Source of the DNA: Gekko japonicus | Taxonomy: Eukaryota | NCBI RefSeq assembly: GCF_001447785.1 | Contig: NW_015164182.1 | Location: forward strand, 853,525-917,524 | Length of the DNA stretch: 64,000 nt | Direction of reading: 5' to 3' | Part shown: positions 39,171-53,226 of the stretch, one piece after another | Layout: each line of letters begins with the position of its first letter | Position numbering within the stretch: the first letter of the stretch is position 1 | Position numbers and translations under genes: made by a program | Notes under the pieces: model-generated | The model's input: only the letters and a program-made list of their open reading frames with translations | Database searches by the model: none | What the model was told of the DNA's origin: nothing

Positions 39171-41029
39171 CTGAAACACAATTTAATAATGGCAAGAGCT
39201 TTTTTTAAAAAAAGACATCATTTTTATCCACATATGATTCTTAGATGGCCAAATTTATGTTTCAGATTTAAAGCTGCAATTATCAGCCTTTCAGAATTTC
39301 TGTCAAGCAAATGCAGAAATTCAATACTTTGTACTAGTTGAAAGACTAAACTTTAAAAATATGACCTGGATTATGTTTCACAAATGCTGAAACTATTTTT
39401 TATTTAGCTTCACTTCCTTCTGCCTTGAATGATCAAGGAAAATTTTTGCTTTTACTGTCATACAATGAAACAATTCTAATTTTTAGATGGACAGAATGAC
39501 TCATCTATGGCCACTCAGAAGTCCACAGCTGTCCTAAGATCTGAAGCTGCTGCCCTGTTAGAGATGTAAAACTTCAAGAAATTTTGAAGCCATGGGGGAA
39601 AAGGGGGGGGGGGTTTCCCTCAGAAAACAATGGAAGCTTTTGGAAAAGCTGAAATAGAATATTTATTTTGCAACCAAACCTATTATTTTACTAATTTACC
39701 AACATAAAATGCTTAAATATTAATAAGCTATAAATCAAGTTGTACTGTTTGGCATATTTATGGAATTTAAAAGTATAAATATCTTAAATTTCTATAATAA
39801 AAATTCCAAACATATTTTAATTTTTACCACCTGAGAGATGGAAAAGATGAAGATTGAAAGCAGACACAGTAAACAAAATAAAATATATTATTTGGACAGA
39901 AACACTCTCATACTGTCTCGATATCTAGGACTACCAGCATTATTTTTGGATATCAAGTTAAACTTTATAGCACTCAAATGATAAACTCTTTAATAATGTA
40001 TTACCATTGAACACATTATAGCATATTTATACCAAAATCCACATTTAAAAAATAAACATATTATTAATGATATGTTACGTCAAAAGTATTTCAGGAATTT
40101 CTATTATATAAAGCTGTAGTCTACCTTATAGAATTTTTTTTCATGCTCCACATTTAGAGTAATATCATGCCTTAAAAATATTTCATTCATTCCAAAAAGG
40201 CAGAAAAGGCGCATCTGTTCAGAGCTTGCCAGTAAATACAGCCATGTGCCAAGTCTACAGCTCCCTCAACAGAAGATTAACTTAAAACTGGGACAGGGTA
40301 TTTAAATGTTCTTCAAACTAGCAGGTAGAAGCACAGCTCTCACCCCTGAAACAGACTTCAGAGAAAGCTGAGGCAGCCAAGAGCCCTTCACATCGTAAAC
40401 ATTTTTACTGGGCTTTTACAGCTTTTACAACTGTTTGGCCAAGGTAAGCTTTACTGCTGTTTGTGACACAACATGAAGTTGTGGCAGAACTTGCTCTACA
40501 AGACCCTTTTGCGCTGGCCATTCACTGAGCCACACACTCTCAGCCTAATTCACTTCACTGGCTTGCGAGATAGGCACGATATAAATGGGAAAATAAATAA
40601 AATAAGGTGCTTTGATGGTGTTATACCAAAGGTGGGACATAAATAAGCAATTCTCAAAAAAGGATGGAGGTAAAGCAGCAAGAACTTAACAGAGAAATGG
40701 TTCTCTGAAGACTTCAGTTCACAGGTGTCTGAACACAATGTATAAAACGTCAGTCCTTGATGTTATGGACTGGAACCTACAATTCCATTCTAACAGCAGA
40801 GTCTTCTTGCAGTGCAATGCAGAGCAGAGTAATAAGATACAATCTTTGTTGTGATAAGAATCAGAAGTTCTGCAAACTATGAAGTCTTTACTAGCTTTTC
40901 TGAGAGGGAAACCACATTTTCACTATGTCATGGTATAATGTACCTGAAGGCTATGTACCATCTAGTGCAGATTCATACTGAGAAAAACATTCACAGGAAC
41001 AGTTTACCATTCATCCTCAGGTGCCTTAC

Positions 41030-41146
41030 CTTTGCCTTGTCTCTCATTGACCCCTTCCCAAGAACAGAGATCTTTGCTCCAGTTTCTTCCTGCAGCCGCT
41101 TGATAGTGTTGCCCTGGGGTCCCAGTATCTTCCCAACAAAGTTAAA
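41030..41146 (-). CDS. KHDRBS1: KHDRBS1 exon 3 (KH core)
   Basis: [39 protein letters not shown], 117 nt. Confidence 0.98.
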
Positions 41147-41449
41147 CTAAACGAGAATATAAACAGAGGTTTATTTTCCTACTTTTGAGACCTGCTAATA
41201 AAGTCACCACAATAATTATATGCAATGACAAGTAACAGCAACTATAAACTTAAACCAAGCTCACTCGAGCCTCCTGAAAATGGTTGACTGTTTAGGATTT
41301 GGGTATAACATGCAAGTGGCTTGAAAAAAAAGTCTGAGAACACTATTGCTTTGCTTCCTTATTATACTACAGAAAATCTTGTCTCAATCCTGACAAACAA
41401 GAATGATGCCTTTGCCAGAAATGAACGTTCTCAAGAATGCAGTGTGTAG

Positions 41450-41670
41450 TGCCGACCTGGATAGCCTAGAGAAGCCTGTTCTCGTCAGATCTTGGAAGCT
41501 AAGCAGGACCAACCCTGGCAAGTATTTGGATGGGAGACCGCCAAAGAATACTAGGGCTGGGAGGCAGAGGCAGGCTATCAAGCTGCTTCTCTGAAAGTCC
41601 TCCATGCCCCAATAGGAGTTGCCAGAGGTTGCCATGAGCTCCAGGCATGGGCACACACACACAAAATGCA
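41450..41670 (+). mobile_element. 5S-derived SINE
   Basis: GACCTGGATAGCC...CTCGTCAGATCTTGGAAGCTAAGCAGG...GGATGGGAGACCGCC, with the same tail as 10071. Confidence 0.8.
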
Positions 41671-42177
41671 AAAATATGAAAGAAAAAAGAATGTAGCGTG
41701 TAGCAATTATGAAACTAATAATATAGCTACAAAGAGACTAGTTAGGAAGTTTGAAATGTAAAATGATGAATATAAATGTACCCCATCAGAAGTAAATATC
41801 AATGTACGTTATAAACAAAGTCCCCAACATTTTTCAAAGAACAAAGGGGGCACTGGAGAGAAATATGTTCTGTCTTTTAGACTTTGATATACATATTTAT
41901 GTCATGTAACCTTTTCTCCCTTTCTGTATATCCTTTATATTATTTCTTTGTTTCTTCAAAAATATAAAAAGAGAAAAAAGGGGAAAGGGGGGGGGGGGTA
42001 GAATGCAGTGTATCTTACAAATCTATTCTCAGACATGGTCGAAATGCAGAAAGGACACTGAAGAGAAATGCTCTGAAAAAATTTCATAACAGCAATAAAG
42101 AAATTAGGTGAAGATAAAAGTAGACAGTTATAGAACTGGACATAAACATCCATTTTAGAATCTCTTGCAGGCTTCAC

Positions 42178-42302
42178 CTTTGGATACTGCTTGACTGGTA
42201 TCAGAACTCGTTCCTTCAGCTTCATGTTCTTGTGGGAAAACAAGTCCAAATAGGTCTCTTCCTCATCCTTCTTTGGATCATCTTTCTGAATTTTGTCAAT
42301 TT
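42178..42302 (-). CDS. KHDRBS1: KHDRBS1 exon 2
   Basis: EIDKIQKDDPKKDEEETYLDLFSHKNMKLKERVLIPVKQYPK, 125 nt. Confidence 0.98.
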
Positions 42303-44278
42303 CTAAACAAACAAAGCATACATTAGTTGAGACACCAGTTTAAATTAATCTTTCAGAGATAAGGCACAAACACCATGTTTTGCGGGCGGGAGAAGCACCT
42401 GGATGGTGCTGGCTCCCCCAGCCAATTATTTTGCCTTGACTCAAGGTCCAATGACCCCCCCCATATACACACACTAGTTTTTACAGCAATCGTACAGAAC
42501 AGGTCCACAAAAGTTAACAATAAAGCGAACAACAAAAAACTTCCACTAGCCTACTGTCAGCCATTGTGGCCTAAAAGGAAAAAGAAGCAACCTTTTGTAA
42601 AAATTTCCTACTTTGTAGCATTTCTTATTCAACAGAGATAAGCAAATACATCACACATAATAAACTTAGATGCTAAAAAGGTTTTTTAATGACCACTATT
42701 CATAAAAACAGGTTGCTTACTTGGAACTGATGATCTTCAAGTGGTCATTGTTGCAGCCACACAATGGGTTTCTCGCCTATGTTAAACCTTCACCAGGAAG
42801 CCTAAAAAAGCCTTAGAAGCAGCTTACCAGATGCGGGGTCTGTCTCTGTCTTGTGAAGCCCGCTCCCAATGAGGCAGACTCCGCCCCCACTCAGTTCCAT
42901 ACTACACCGTCGACAAGTCCCATGCCCTTTGGCTTATACAAAGACTATGCCAGCAGTGGGGATGGCTGCTTGGGCGTGTGTGGCTGCACAGACGACCACT
43001 CGAAGATCATCAGTTACAGGTAAGCCATCTGTTTATCTTCTTCGTGGTCTCTGTGCAGGCCACACACCATAGGTGACTTGCAAGCTGAATTTCACGTTGG
43101 ATGGTGGGTGCTGGTATCCACTACTGCTACAGGTCAACAACCCAGAAGGAAAAAATTAGAGGTCACCATCCAATTTTTAATTTTTTAAACACTTAATGCT
43201 TTATTATTAATTTTTAACCTTTGTAAGTACTAACCAAAGGAACAATTACTGATCACCTACAAATATCAGAACCACTTCTTACTTATCTGCATAACTGCAC
43301 ATTTCAAACTGTGAACATTTTGAAGTTTCAACTACAACCATCTAAAGTAAACATCTAACTCAATGGTTACATTCTGTTGTTTAACTCTAACTATCCTCTT
43401 TGTTAACAGAAGATTGATTTTAGAACCGCCTGACCAAAGCAAGCGCCCTTTCTAGCCCTGACGTCCATGACATAGTGTGTTATGAAAGTTGATGGGGAAG
43501 CCCACATAGCTGCAGCACAAATACCTTGTAACAAAACTCCGGCCATAAATGCCGTGGAGGTTGCCACAGCCCTAGCTGAGTGCGCCTAAGGTACTGTCGG
43601 TAGGGGTACGTCAGCAAGTTTATAGCATAAGGTGATTGCTGAGAAGACCCATTAATAGTTGTTGACAAAAAACAGGTTGGCCCTTCCTAGGTTTAGAGTA
43701 ACATACAAATAGCCTTTTGTCCTTTCTAAAATCTTGAGTTCTCGATAAGTAGAAAGCCAGGGCTCGATGAACGTCCAACATGTGAAGCGCGCTCTGGCCT
43801 TCATCCTTTGGTTCACAAAAAATGGAGGCAGTGTGATCGTTTGAAACAAATAGAACGGCAACACGACTTTCAGTAGGAAAGAAGGATCTGGCCTCAGTAC
43901 TACCTGGTCAGCATGGAAAAGCGTGTAAGGTGAGTCTGACCTCAGTGCACAAATCTCAATTGCCCTTCTCGCTGAGGTGAGCGCTACTAATAACGCTGCC
44001 TTCCAGGAGACTAGGTGTATAGGGGCCGTTGCTAATGGCTCAAACGGTCGTCCCATAAGTTTCGAGAGGACCAGTGATGGTACGAATGGTCTCCGTGGGG
44101 GATTCAAGTTCAAGAGGCCTCTCAGGGATACCTTGACCATCTGCTGGGAGAATACTTGCCTGGTGCGAAGGTAGCAGACATTACGCGTGTTTTAGATAGG
44201 CTGGTAGACAGTGCTGGGGAGGAGCCAGTGGTCATGGTGCATGTCGGTACCAACAATGTGGGGAAATACAGTTGTGAG

Positions 44279-44483
44279 CAATGTTCCCTCTAAGCTGTAG
44301 AGTCTCGTGAGCAAAAATTCCACTTTGTGAGCTATTGGCATTAAAGCTATGAGCAGTAATTTGGCTACTGCAGAAATTAGTTTGCTCTGGAGCTATTCTT
44401 CCTGAGCTAAGAGAAAAATGTGTGAGCCGGAGGCTTAAAAACTGTGAGCTAGCTCACACTAACTCAGCTTAGAGGGAACACTG
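44279..44483. mobile_element. 205-bp hAT-type MITE inserted in CR1 ORF1
   Basis: TIRs are CAATGTTCCCTCTAAGCTG / CAGCTTAGAGGGAACACTG. The 8-bp TSD GTTGTGAG lies at 44271-44278 and 44484-44491. Confidence 0.92.
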
Positions 44484-44776
44484 GTTGTGAGGTCCTGGAG
44501 GAGAAATTTAGGCTGCTGGGCAGGAAACTTAGGTCCAGGACCTCCAAGGTAGCCTTCTCAGAAGTGCTATCTGTTCCACGCGCAGGGCCGGAGAGACAGG
44601 CACAGATCAGGAGTCTCAATGCGTGGATGAGACGATGGTGTAGGGGGGAAGGTTTCAAGTTTGTTAGGCACTGGGATGCTTTTTGGAGCAAGAGGGAGTT
44701 GTACAGATGAGACGGTCTCCACTTCTCCTGAGAAGGAACCAGGCTGCTGGCGCTTAAAATCAAAAAGGTGGCGGAG

Positions 44777-45036
44777 CAGTTTTTAAACTGAATATTGGGG
44801 GGAAGCCAACAGGAGATGAAAAGTCTCTGGTTCGGGTTGGCTCATCTCAGAGAAATGAGGAGGTACCTGTTGCTTCTCTATAGGGAGGTGGATTGAAATT
44901 GTCCACCAGTTTTTAAACTGAATATTGGGGGGAAGCCAACAGGAGATGAAAAGTCTCTGGTTCGGGTTGGCTCATCTCAGAGAAATGAGGAGGTACCTGT
45001 TGCTTCTCTATAGGGAGGTGGATTGAAATTGTCCAC
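44777..45036. repeat. Perfect 130-bp tandem duplication in the CR1 inter-ORF region
   Basis: 44777-44906 is repeated at 44907-45036. Confidence 0.9.
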
Positions 45037-48000
45037 TGAGACCATGGCTAGTGACATGGACTGCCTGACAAGGTCTCGAGATAGCAAGAGGAAGGTGGCA
45101 GGCTTAACCAGTATGGGAAATTACAGCTGTTTCTATACAAATGCTCGAAGTGTCCGAGGTAAAATCGGGGAGTTGGAGTGCTTGGTGTCAGAGGGAAAAA
45201 TAGACATTGTGGGTATTTCAGAAACTTGGTGGGATGAGGAAAATCAGTGGGATACAGTGATTCCCGGTTATATATTATAACGGAAGGATAGGGGGGAAGG
45301 GTTGGAGGTGGGGTGGCTCTGTATGTCAGAGAGGGTATAAAGTCCAGAAAGATTGAGAGGCTAAGAGAATTGGATTCGCTTCTGGATATTCTATGGGTTG
45401 AAATAGGGGGGCCAAAAGGAAACTTAACACTGGGAGTTTGTTATCGCCCACCGGATCAAAAGATAGAGGAGGATTATAAAATGATGAATGAATTAAAGAT
45501 AGCAGCTAGACAAAAACACTGGATAGCAGCTAGACAAAAAAACTGTGTCGTAATAGGTGATTTTAACTATCCACACATTGATTGGGTCAATATGTGTTCT
45601 AGTCGAGAAAAAGAGTTTGAGTTTCTAGACTCTCTAAATGACCGTGCTATGGAGCAGATGGTCACAGAACCTACCAGGGAGAGGCGATCCTGGATTTGGT
45701 CCTAAGTAACACTCAAGACCTGGTGAGAGATGTAAAAGTGATTGCACCGCTTGGGAACAGTGATCATAATGTTGTTGAGTTCAACATTTGTACAAATAGG
45801 GAATTGGCCAAAAAGACTCACACAACCACTTTTAACTTTAAAAGGGGTAATTTTTCTGATATGAGGGGACATGTGGGGAGGAAACTGAAGGGAAAAGTAG
45901 AAAGGGTCAAAACCATTGGGGAAGCTTGGAAACTGTTTAAAACTACAATTCTAGAAGCTCAAATAAAATATATTCCGCAGGTTAGGAAAGGCACAAACAG
46001 GTATAAGAAAAAGCCTACATGGTTAACAAACAAAGTAATGGAAGCTGTAAAAGGTAAAAAGGATTCCTTTAAGCGGTGGAAAGCTAGTCACAGTGAGGCT
46101 GATAAAACAGAACACAGGCTATGGCAAATAAAATGCAAGTCTGTGGTCAGGCATGCAAAAAGGGAATATGAGGAGCATATAGCAAAAAATGTAAAGACCA
46201 ACAATAAAACTTTCTTCAAATACATTAGAAACAGGAAACCAGCCAGGGAGGCAGTGGGGCCCTTGGATGACCAAGGGGTAAAAGGAGTACTGAAGGATGA
46301 TAGGGAAATGGCTGAGAAGCTAAATGCATTTTTTGCCTCCGTCTTCACTGTGGAAGATGAGAGGTGCTTGCCCACTCCAGAGCCGCTGAGTTCGGGAGGG
46401 GTGTTGAAAGACCTGAGTCAGATTGAGGTGACGAGAGAGGAGGTCCTAAAACTGATAAACAACTTAAAAACTGATAAATCACCAGGCCCAGATGGCATAC
46501 ATCCAAGAGTTCTGAAAGAACTCAATTGTGAACTTGTGGATCTCCTGACAAAGATATGTAATCTTTCCTTAAAATCTGCCTCCATTCCTGAGGATTGGAA
46601 GGTAGCTAATGTCACTCCCATCTTTAAAAAGGGTTCCAGAGGAGATCCGGGAAATTACAGGCCAGTCAGTCTGACGTCGATACCGGGTAAATTGGTGGAA
46701 ACCATTATTAAGGAAAGAATTAGTAGGCACATAGATGAACAAAACCTATTGAGGCAGACTCAGCATGGATTCTGTAAGGGAAGATCTTGTCTTACTAACC
46801 TGTTAGTGTTCTTTGAGGGGGTTAACAAACATGTGGACAAGGGGGATCCAATAGATGTTGTTTACCTTGACTTCCAGAAATCTTTTGATAAAGTTTCTCA
46901 TCAAAGGCTCCTAAGTAAGCTCAAAAATCATGGGATAGAAGGACAAGTCCTTTTATGGATCAAAAACTGGCTTATTAATAGAAAACAGAGAGTGAGTATA
47001 AATGGGCAGCTTTCTCAGTGGAGGATGGTAAGCAGTGGGGTACCGCAGGGATCAGTACTTGGTCCACTGCTTTTTAACTTGTTCATTAATGATTTGGAGT
47101 TGGGAGTAAAAACCAGTGAGGATTGTGAGGCACTCCAAAGGGATCTGTCAAGGATGGGCAAGTGGGTGTCAACATGGCAAATGGGGCCAAGTGCAAGGTG
47201 ATGCACATTGGTGCCAAAAATCCTAAATATAAATATACATTGATGGGGTCTGAACTGTACTCAGGAAATGAGTGGAATCGGTGAACATATAAAATAGATG
47301 ACCCTTCCACTGATGTAGAAAGGCGTTCCCCAGTCAATTGCCCAATGGGCGGTTCCTCAAGTAGAAAAGTGGGAATTTAGCATTCTCCAGTGACGCTAAG
47401 GCATCTAGAGTCAGCCATCCGAAGCGGCAGAACATGTCTTCCAAGCAATCCCACTTTAGGGACCATTTGTGAGGATTCTTTGCCCTCCGGCTCAGATCGT
47501 CTGCTCGGGCGTTGTCTGTACCTGGGACATGTATTGCTTGTAATTGGATGTTCTTCTTCAGACACCGGTCCCATAATTCTGTGGCTAATTTGCACAGTTT
47601 CACTGAAGCCACTTGCTTCAAGATATAGTACATTGCTGTTGTGTTGTCCATAGCCACTTGTACTGTTTTGTTCTTCAGAACTGGTGCGAGGGAACAAATC
47701 GCATGCTTGACTGCCGAGAGCTCCAAATAGTTGATATGGCATTGTCTGTACTTTCTGGGCCACTGACCCTGAACAGACAGGTCTCCGCAGTGTGCTCCCC
47801 CATCCCCATAGGGAGACATCGGTATAGACTGTCACTTCTGCACCTTTTGGTTGAAAGGGCATTCCTTGCAGTAGGTTGTCTAGGTTGGTACACCAAAGAA
47901 GAGATCTTGCAACCGTGGCCGGAATAGTAAGTATGAGCGCAGGCCGGACCGTCACCGGGTTGTAGTGACGGAGGAACCACAATTGGAGGTTTCGTATTCT

Positions 48001-49150
48001 CGGCTTTGCCATTGGCACAACGCCAGTCGTCGCTGCCATTAATCCCAGTAGTCTCTGTACAACTTTTGCCGTTCGTGTGAGGCAAATAGTGCAGTCTAAT
48101 GCAAGTCTTTGAATGGTTTCGGCCCTGTCCCTCAGAAGGAAGGCCGTTGTTACTGTTGAGTTGAGATAAGCCCCTATAAAATCAACCTTCTGTGATGGTG
48201 TTAGGAGCAACTTTTTTTAATTCATGCAGAGACCCATGTGTTCGAGCAAGTTCAGAGTCTTTGCGATGTGGTCTCGTAAACTCTCTGGTGAAGGAGCTAC
48301 CATAAGCCAATCAGTGATATATGGGAATATTAACAAACCTTGTATCCGTAAATATGCTACTACCACAGCCATGCACTTCGTGAATACTCTCGGTGCTGTG
48401 GATAGTCAGAAAGGAAGTGCTCTGTACTGATAGCGGGTCCGGCCCACTTGAAAGCGGAGGTAACGACAGCATTGTGGGCGTATTGTCACATGGAAACACA
48501 TGTCTTTTAGGACTATCGATGCCATCAAAGCGCCAGGAGGGATCAATGGCAGGATGGATTGGAGCGTCACCATCCGAAACTTCTTTTTTTAAAAAAAAGT
48601 ATTTGTTTAGGCCCCAGAGATCCAAAATGCGTCTCTTGGTTCTGTCCCTTTTTGGGACCAAAAAATATCTGGAATAGTAACCTAGGTGTTGTTGAGTCTG
48701 TGGTACTATTTCTATTGCACCCTTTCCCAGGAGATTTTTGATTTCTTCCCACAGTAGATGTGATGGTGACATAGCCACTACATGGGGAGTCCTGGGTCGT
48801 GATTCAAACTCTATCGCATAGCCCACCCTGATGATGGTTAGAACCCAATGATTGGTAGTGATCTCCTCCCAGGTGCTGATGTAAGGTAATAGATGAGTCC
48901 CAGTGCTTGGGGTGCTGGTGATGACAGTGTTTCCGGCATGGCCCTCCACACCAACAAAAAGACTGCTTTGCCTGTTGTGGGGCTTTCTTTACAGGAGCAG
49001 CCTTTGACCTTGGATGGTAATGCTGTTTAGTAGTATACTGGCGCCGTTTCCATGGTTCTGATTGGCCGGGCAATCAAGGGCAGCCACACTCTTTGTTTTT
49101 GCAGTCGCTGTGGGTATTGCGTATGCACTCCCAGTTTCCTAGCACGCTTG

Positions 49151-49704
49151 TGTCAGACTCGGACTCTTGCCTTTGGAGTTAAGGCACTGGATCTCTGTAA
49201 TTGCAATCATGGGTTACTGATGTACATAGCTTTCCTTGTTACCATCTATGCTTCTGCTATTCCGTTCTCATGCCTATTGTTTCCCTATTTCATTTAACAC
49301 CTGCTGGCATGTTATCAATCTGTTTGCAAGTGCCATTCTTGCAGGGGAGGTTGAGACATGTCTGAGTGATCACAGATTAGCTGCGCTATGGAAACGCTTA
49401 TCAATGTGAACCTCCTCCATGGGCCGATGGGAAGCTTTCACTTTTCATCCTTCTCACGGCCTTCGAGAAAGTCTGTAATGATAAACATTCTCACCATTAT
49501 AATTGTCTTGTTTTACTGCACCTGTTGACTATGTAATGCTGACGTATGAATGAGGGCTGAACAAAAGTTCTTGTAATTTCCAGCTTTGTAATATTCTTCA
49601 GTTCGGGCAAAGAGCTTTAGCTTGAAGCAACTTTTCTGATCTCTAAAATAAAGCCTACTTTAAAAGGACTTATTTTGTCTGAGAGTTACTTGGGCGAGCG
49701 GACA
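49151..49704 (+). mobile_element. Solo LTR (554 bp) inserted in DIRS gag
   Basis: TGTC...GACA ends, a 5-bp TSD GCTTG (49146-49150 and 49705-49709), and AATAAA at ~49648. The DIRS gag reading (DESRK/RARKLGV) continues across it. Confidence 0.88.
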
Positions 49705-52559
49705 GCTTGCGGCTCTCATCTACATCCTTGAGAGCATCATCTGTAGTTCTGAGGAATAAACCGCAGCGGTCAAAAGGGAGATCCTCAATCCTTGGTTTAA
49801 TATCAGTCTGGAGTGACATTGACCTGAGCCAAGCATGTCTGCAGAGTGCCAACGCTATAGACCTGATTCGAGAGAAACAAGATATAGTATGTCTAACAGT
49901 TGCAACCTGTTGTTTTGCGGCTCTTCGAGATTCCTGTCCATAGGTAAGTAATTCAGGTGAGTTTCTATCCTATTTGACAGGTTAAATAAGTACCCTGAAA
50001 GGTAGGAGACACACGTTTGCATCTTTGAGGCAATCGTCGAAGCAGCATAATTTTCTTTGCCACTGAGTCCACCTTCCACCCCTCCCTGTTGGGTGGGGCC
50101 AGATACCGTGACTGCTTCATCTTGGTCAAGTAATGTACCACCACAGAGTTTGGTTCAGGTTGAGACTGTAGAAAGGTGTTGTTATCCCCTAGCACCTTGT
50201 CATTGTCTCATAACGTTTAGGAAGAGGTGCAGGTTTGTTCCAGGCTTCCTGTAGGGTCGTCAGGTGTACAGGTAATGCCGGCAACACGAAGGGTGTAGGT
50301 CTGCCTGCCTGGAGCATATCGTGTACTATGTCTGTCACAGGCATCATACCTGATGTTGATTGTATACTAAGTGCTTTTGCCATGTTCTGCATCAGGTCTA
50401 TAAAGCCCTTGATCACATCGAGAAAGTATGGCCTGCTGCCTGATTAGTGAATTTCAGACTGTGTATACAGGAGCCGGTTCTCTGATCTTCCCCCAGGCAG
50501 CACAAACAGCGTTCATGGCCGTCAGTTGGGGGGGATTTTCGCTTCACAGTGCAGGCACCGTTTAAAGAAAGGCTTTGGTCCCATAGACTGCCCGTTAAAC
50601 AGTGAAAAAAACGACAGCCGATTTGTTGGTACGGAGAGATCGATCACTAACTCTCAGTAATTTCTCTGTGCTCTTCTTGCCTTATTATTATTATTATTTT
50701 TTTAGTTGTCAGTTTAAGGAGGCTTTCCCGGAGCGACGAAAAGACATCTTGGTAGGATGCGGTTAAAAACGAACTGAGTGGGGGCGGAGTCTGCCTTGGC
50801 TACTGAGCATGCTCAGTGGGAGCGGGCTTCACGAGATGGAGACAGACCCCGCATCTGGTAAGCTGCCTCTAAAGCTTTTTTAGGCTTCCCGGCGAAGGTT
50901 TAACGTAGGTGAGAAACCCATGGTGCGTGGCCTGCACAGAGACCACGAAGAAGATACCTGCTTTACAACACCCCATTTAAGCAAGGTGGCAGCCATTTTG
51001 GAATCAGTTACATTTTTATAATTCTAATTGGGTAGATTATAATTCTAATCTACCCAACAATCATTTTGATTTCTAGAACCATCTACTGAATTGTGACTTG
51101 CAAATTAAAGTAATTATGTAACTGATGTTATGACAAGAATCCAAGCATTTATGAGAAAGCCCAGGTCACCACGATCTCCATCTCTGCACCCTTCCTTCTG
51201 CTAATGGATATTTAAAAAGGAGATTTCTAATAGAACTCAAACATTCTAATCTGTCTTGCTTGCCCTTTTTTGTGGCAATTTTGTTACTGGATGATTCTTT
51301 CTACCTCTGGCATTAAAGAATTAAAGTTATGTGCCTGTGTTACAAGCCAGCCTAAAGAAGGAATTGGCAAGTACACAGTTTGTAAGTTCTTTCTGGTTCT
51401 CTAAGTGAACACCTAATGATTATAAAACAGAAGCAGATCTCTAGCTCTCTCCTATCTCTTTTAGTACAAATGTAGTACAAATTCAAGAATAAATGATTTT
51501 TTCCTGCACACAGTATGGAGATTTAAACTACAAGCTGTTAAACACTGCCAAGAGATTTGATCATGCATAGAAACTATTTCTGGTCAAGTGCTATATATTT
51601 CGGGGGAGGGGGGCACTGTCATCTCCAGGAGAAGCAGGGTTTTATGAACTGACATACATAGGAATAAATTCCATTTTAAGAGATGGCCTGTTTCTCCATA
51701 ACACTCTAACTTCAGAACAGACAGAACTTATGGATGGATGAAACTGTCTAACTTAGGGGTTATACTTGATATTAACAGCCTGTAGACTGGGTAGGCTGGG
51801 TGTGACCACAGTCTGTTACTCCCTTCCACAGACATGCAGATTCAGGCAGGCACTTTCCCCCTCAAGCTCGCTTGGAAGGCAGTCAGAGCAACTCAAAGAG
51901 AAGCCTCCAAGGGCATTCTCCTGTTCTCCCACACTTTCTGGGGCAGGAGTTATCCTGGCCTTGCTGCTGAAGATGGCCAAAGAGTAGCTGCTCACTTGTA
52001 TCTCTGAAGCATGCACCAGCAGCTGCGAGGAACCAATGAAATGGGGAAACTGTTATACCAGCACTTCAAACATAATAATCTCCTTACATGGAAAGGGCTT
52101 TAGTAGAGACAGGGGTATACAAGTTGGTTAGAAACATCACACATGCATCAATTCCCTGCATTTAGGTACAACAGTGCCCAAGAAATCTAAGTTTGGAAAA
52201 GACATTTTCTCAGCCATACAAATTAATTGAGCTAGAAGAAATTCTTACAAAAAGTAAACAGACTAATGCTTTTATGTGCTTATATCATTTCATAAATGAA
52301 TGCCTATTATGTCATTTCTAAGCTGCTTTGAGGGGCCCATCACCAAATCTATACCTGAACCTCTCATTGACATTAGCTGACTAGCCCTGTTCACAAGTTA
52401 CAGTGAACACACATACTCCCTTCAAGCCCCCCCCCCCCCCCGGCCCCGGCGGGACACACCTTTTCATGTTATATTCAGCTCATGTAAATTCCACATTTAT
52501 CCAGGTACTTGCTTCCAGTTTCATTTACTTCCTTACCTAGAGATGTATGCACTTACATG

Positions 52560-53226
52560 CAGGATAGATTCCTAATTAAACTAATCAAAAAGCAGAAACA
52601 CTACCTGATAACCCTTCTTTTGTATGGGATGGGAAACCTGTCTGTGTTAGGGGATGCTTTTGTGAGGGAAATGTGGGTGGAAGGCAGATGGTGTAGGGTT
52701 TATATGATTAACAACCCAGGTGGATAGTGCTAGCTCTGGAGCAAAGCAAGTCTATTGTTCCAGCGTATGCAGCCCTTAAGGTGACGGGAGGGGTAGCAGC
52801 ATGGTCAGGCTCAGATCTTACACCTTCCCAAGGTTCCTGCATAGACATGTCTGTGATGCTTGCCATTTGGCATCCATCCCGTATAGTATACATTCAATCA
52901 AAACTGGCTGGCATATGGACTCCTGAGATGCTATCATTGAAGGGGGCTCATTTCCAAAAAAAAACTACCCTCAGAAAAAAGGGTGTGCCTGCTTACAGAA
53001 CCTTGATGTCACTGTGGCATGGATCAAGTTGTTACCTAGTGAACTTGTAATGAGGAAACGGATGGAGGAGAAAAGATTAAGCAATATACAGGCGGTCGTA
53101 GGACTATGGGAAGCCATGTGGGGGGGGGGAAGGGAGGTGGGTAGGATGTAACGGGTATAAATGTAAAACTAATGTTGACTTTGATTGATTATATCCTGAA
53201 TAAAAATTTTGTTACAAAAAAAAAAA
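52560..53226 (+). mobile_element. L1/Tx1-like 3' end fragment with poly-A
   Basis: Ends AATAAAAATTTTTGTTAC(A)n, preceded by degenerate ORF2 C-terminus-like sequence. Confidence 0.45.

Larger units (their letters stand above)
44156..47262 (+). mobile_element. CR1 LINE inserted in the DIRS (ORF1 esterase end plus ORF2 APE-RT), truncated at both ends
   Basis: ORF1 reads LPGAKVADIT...HVGTNN...DGLHF. ORF2 has YTNARS, GISETWW, GDFNYP, SPGPDGIHPRVLKE, NYRPVSLTS and GVPQGSVLGPLLF. The FADD motif is deleted near 47110. Confidence 0.95.
42706..50956 (-). mobile_element. DIRS1-type retrotransposon with nested insertions (KHDRBS1 intron 1)
   Basis: ITRs at ~42740-42900 and ~50770-50956 are inverted, and the ICR lies at ~42975-43070. 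Gag starts MGPKPFFKRCLHC at 50584. RT/RNase H spans 48949-47334 and YR spans 44140-43400. Confidence 0.93.

Noticed and set aside
45696-47201. 501-aa ORF as an active or domesticated RT
   Set aside because: It is CR1 ORF2 with the catalytic FADD region deleted and upstream stops and frameshifts.
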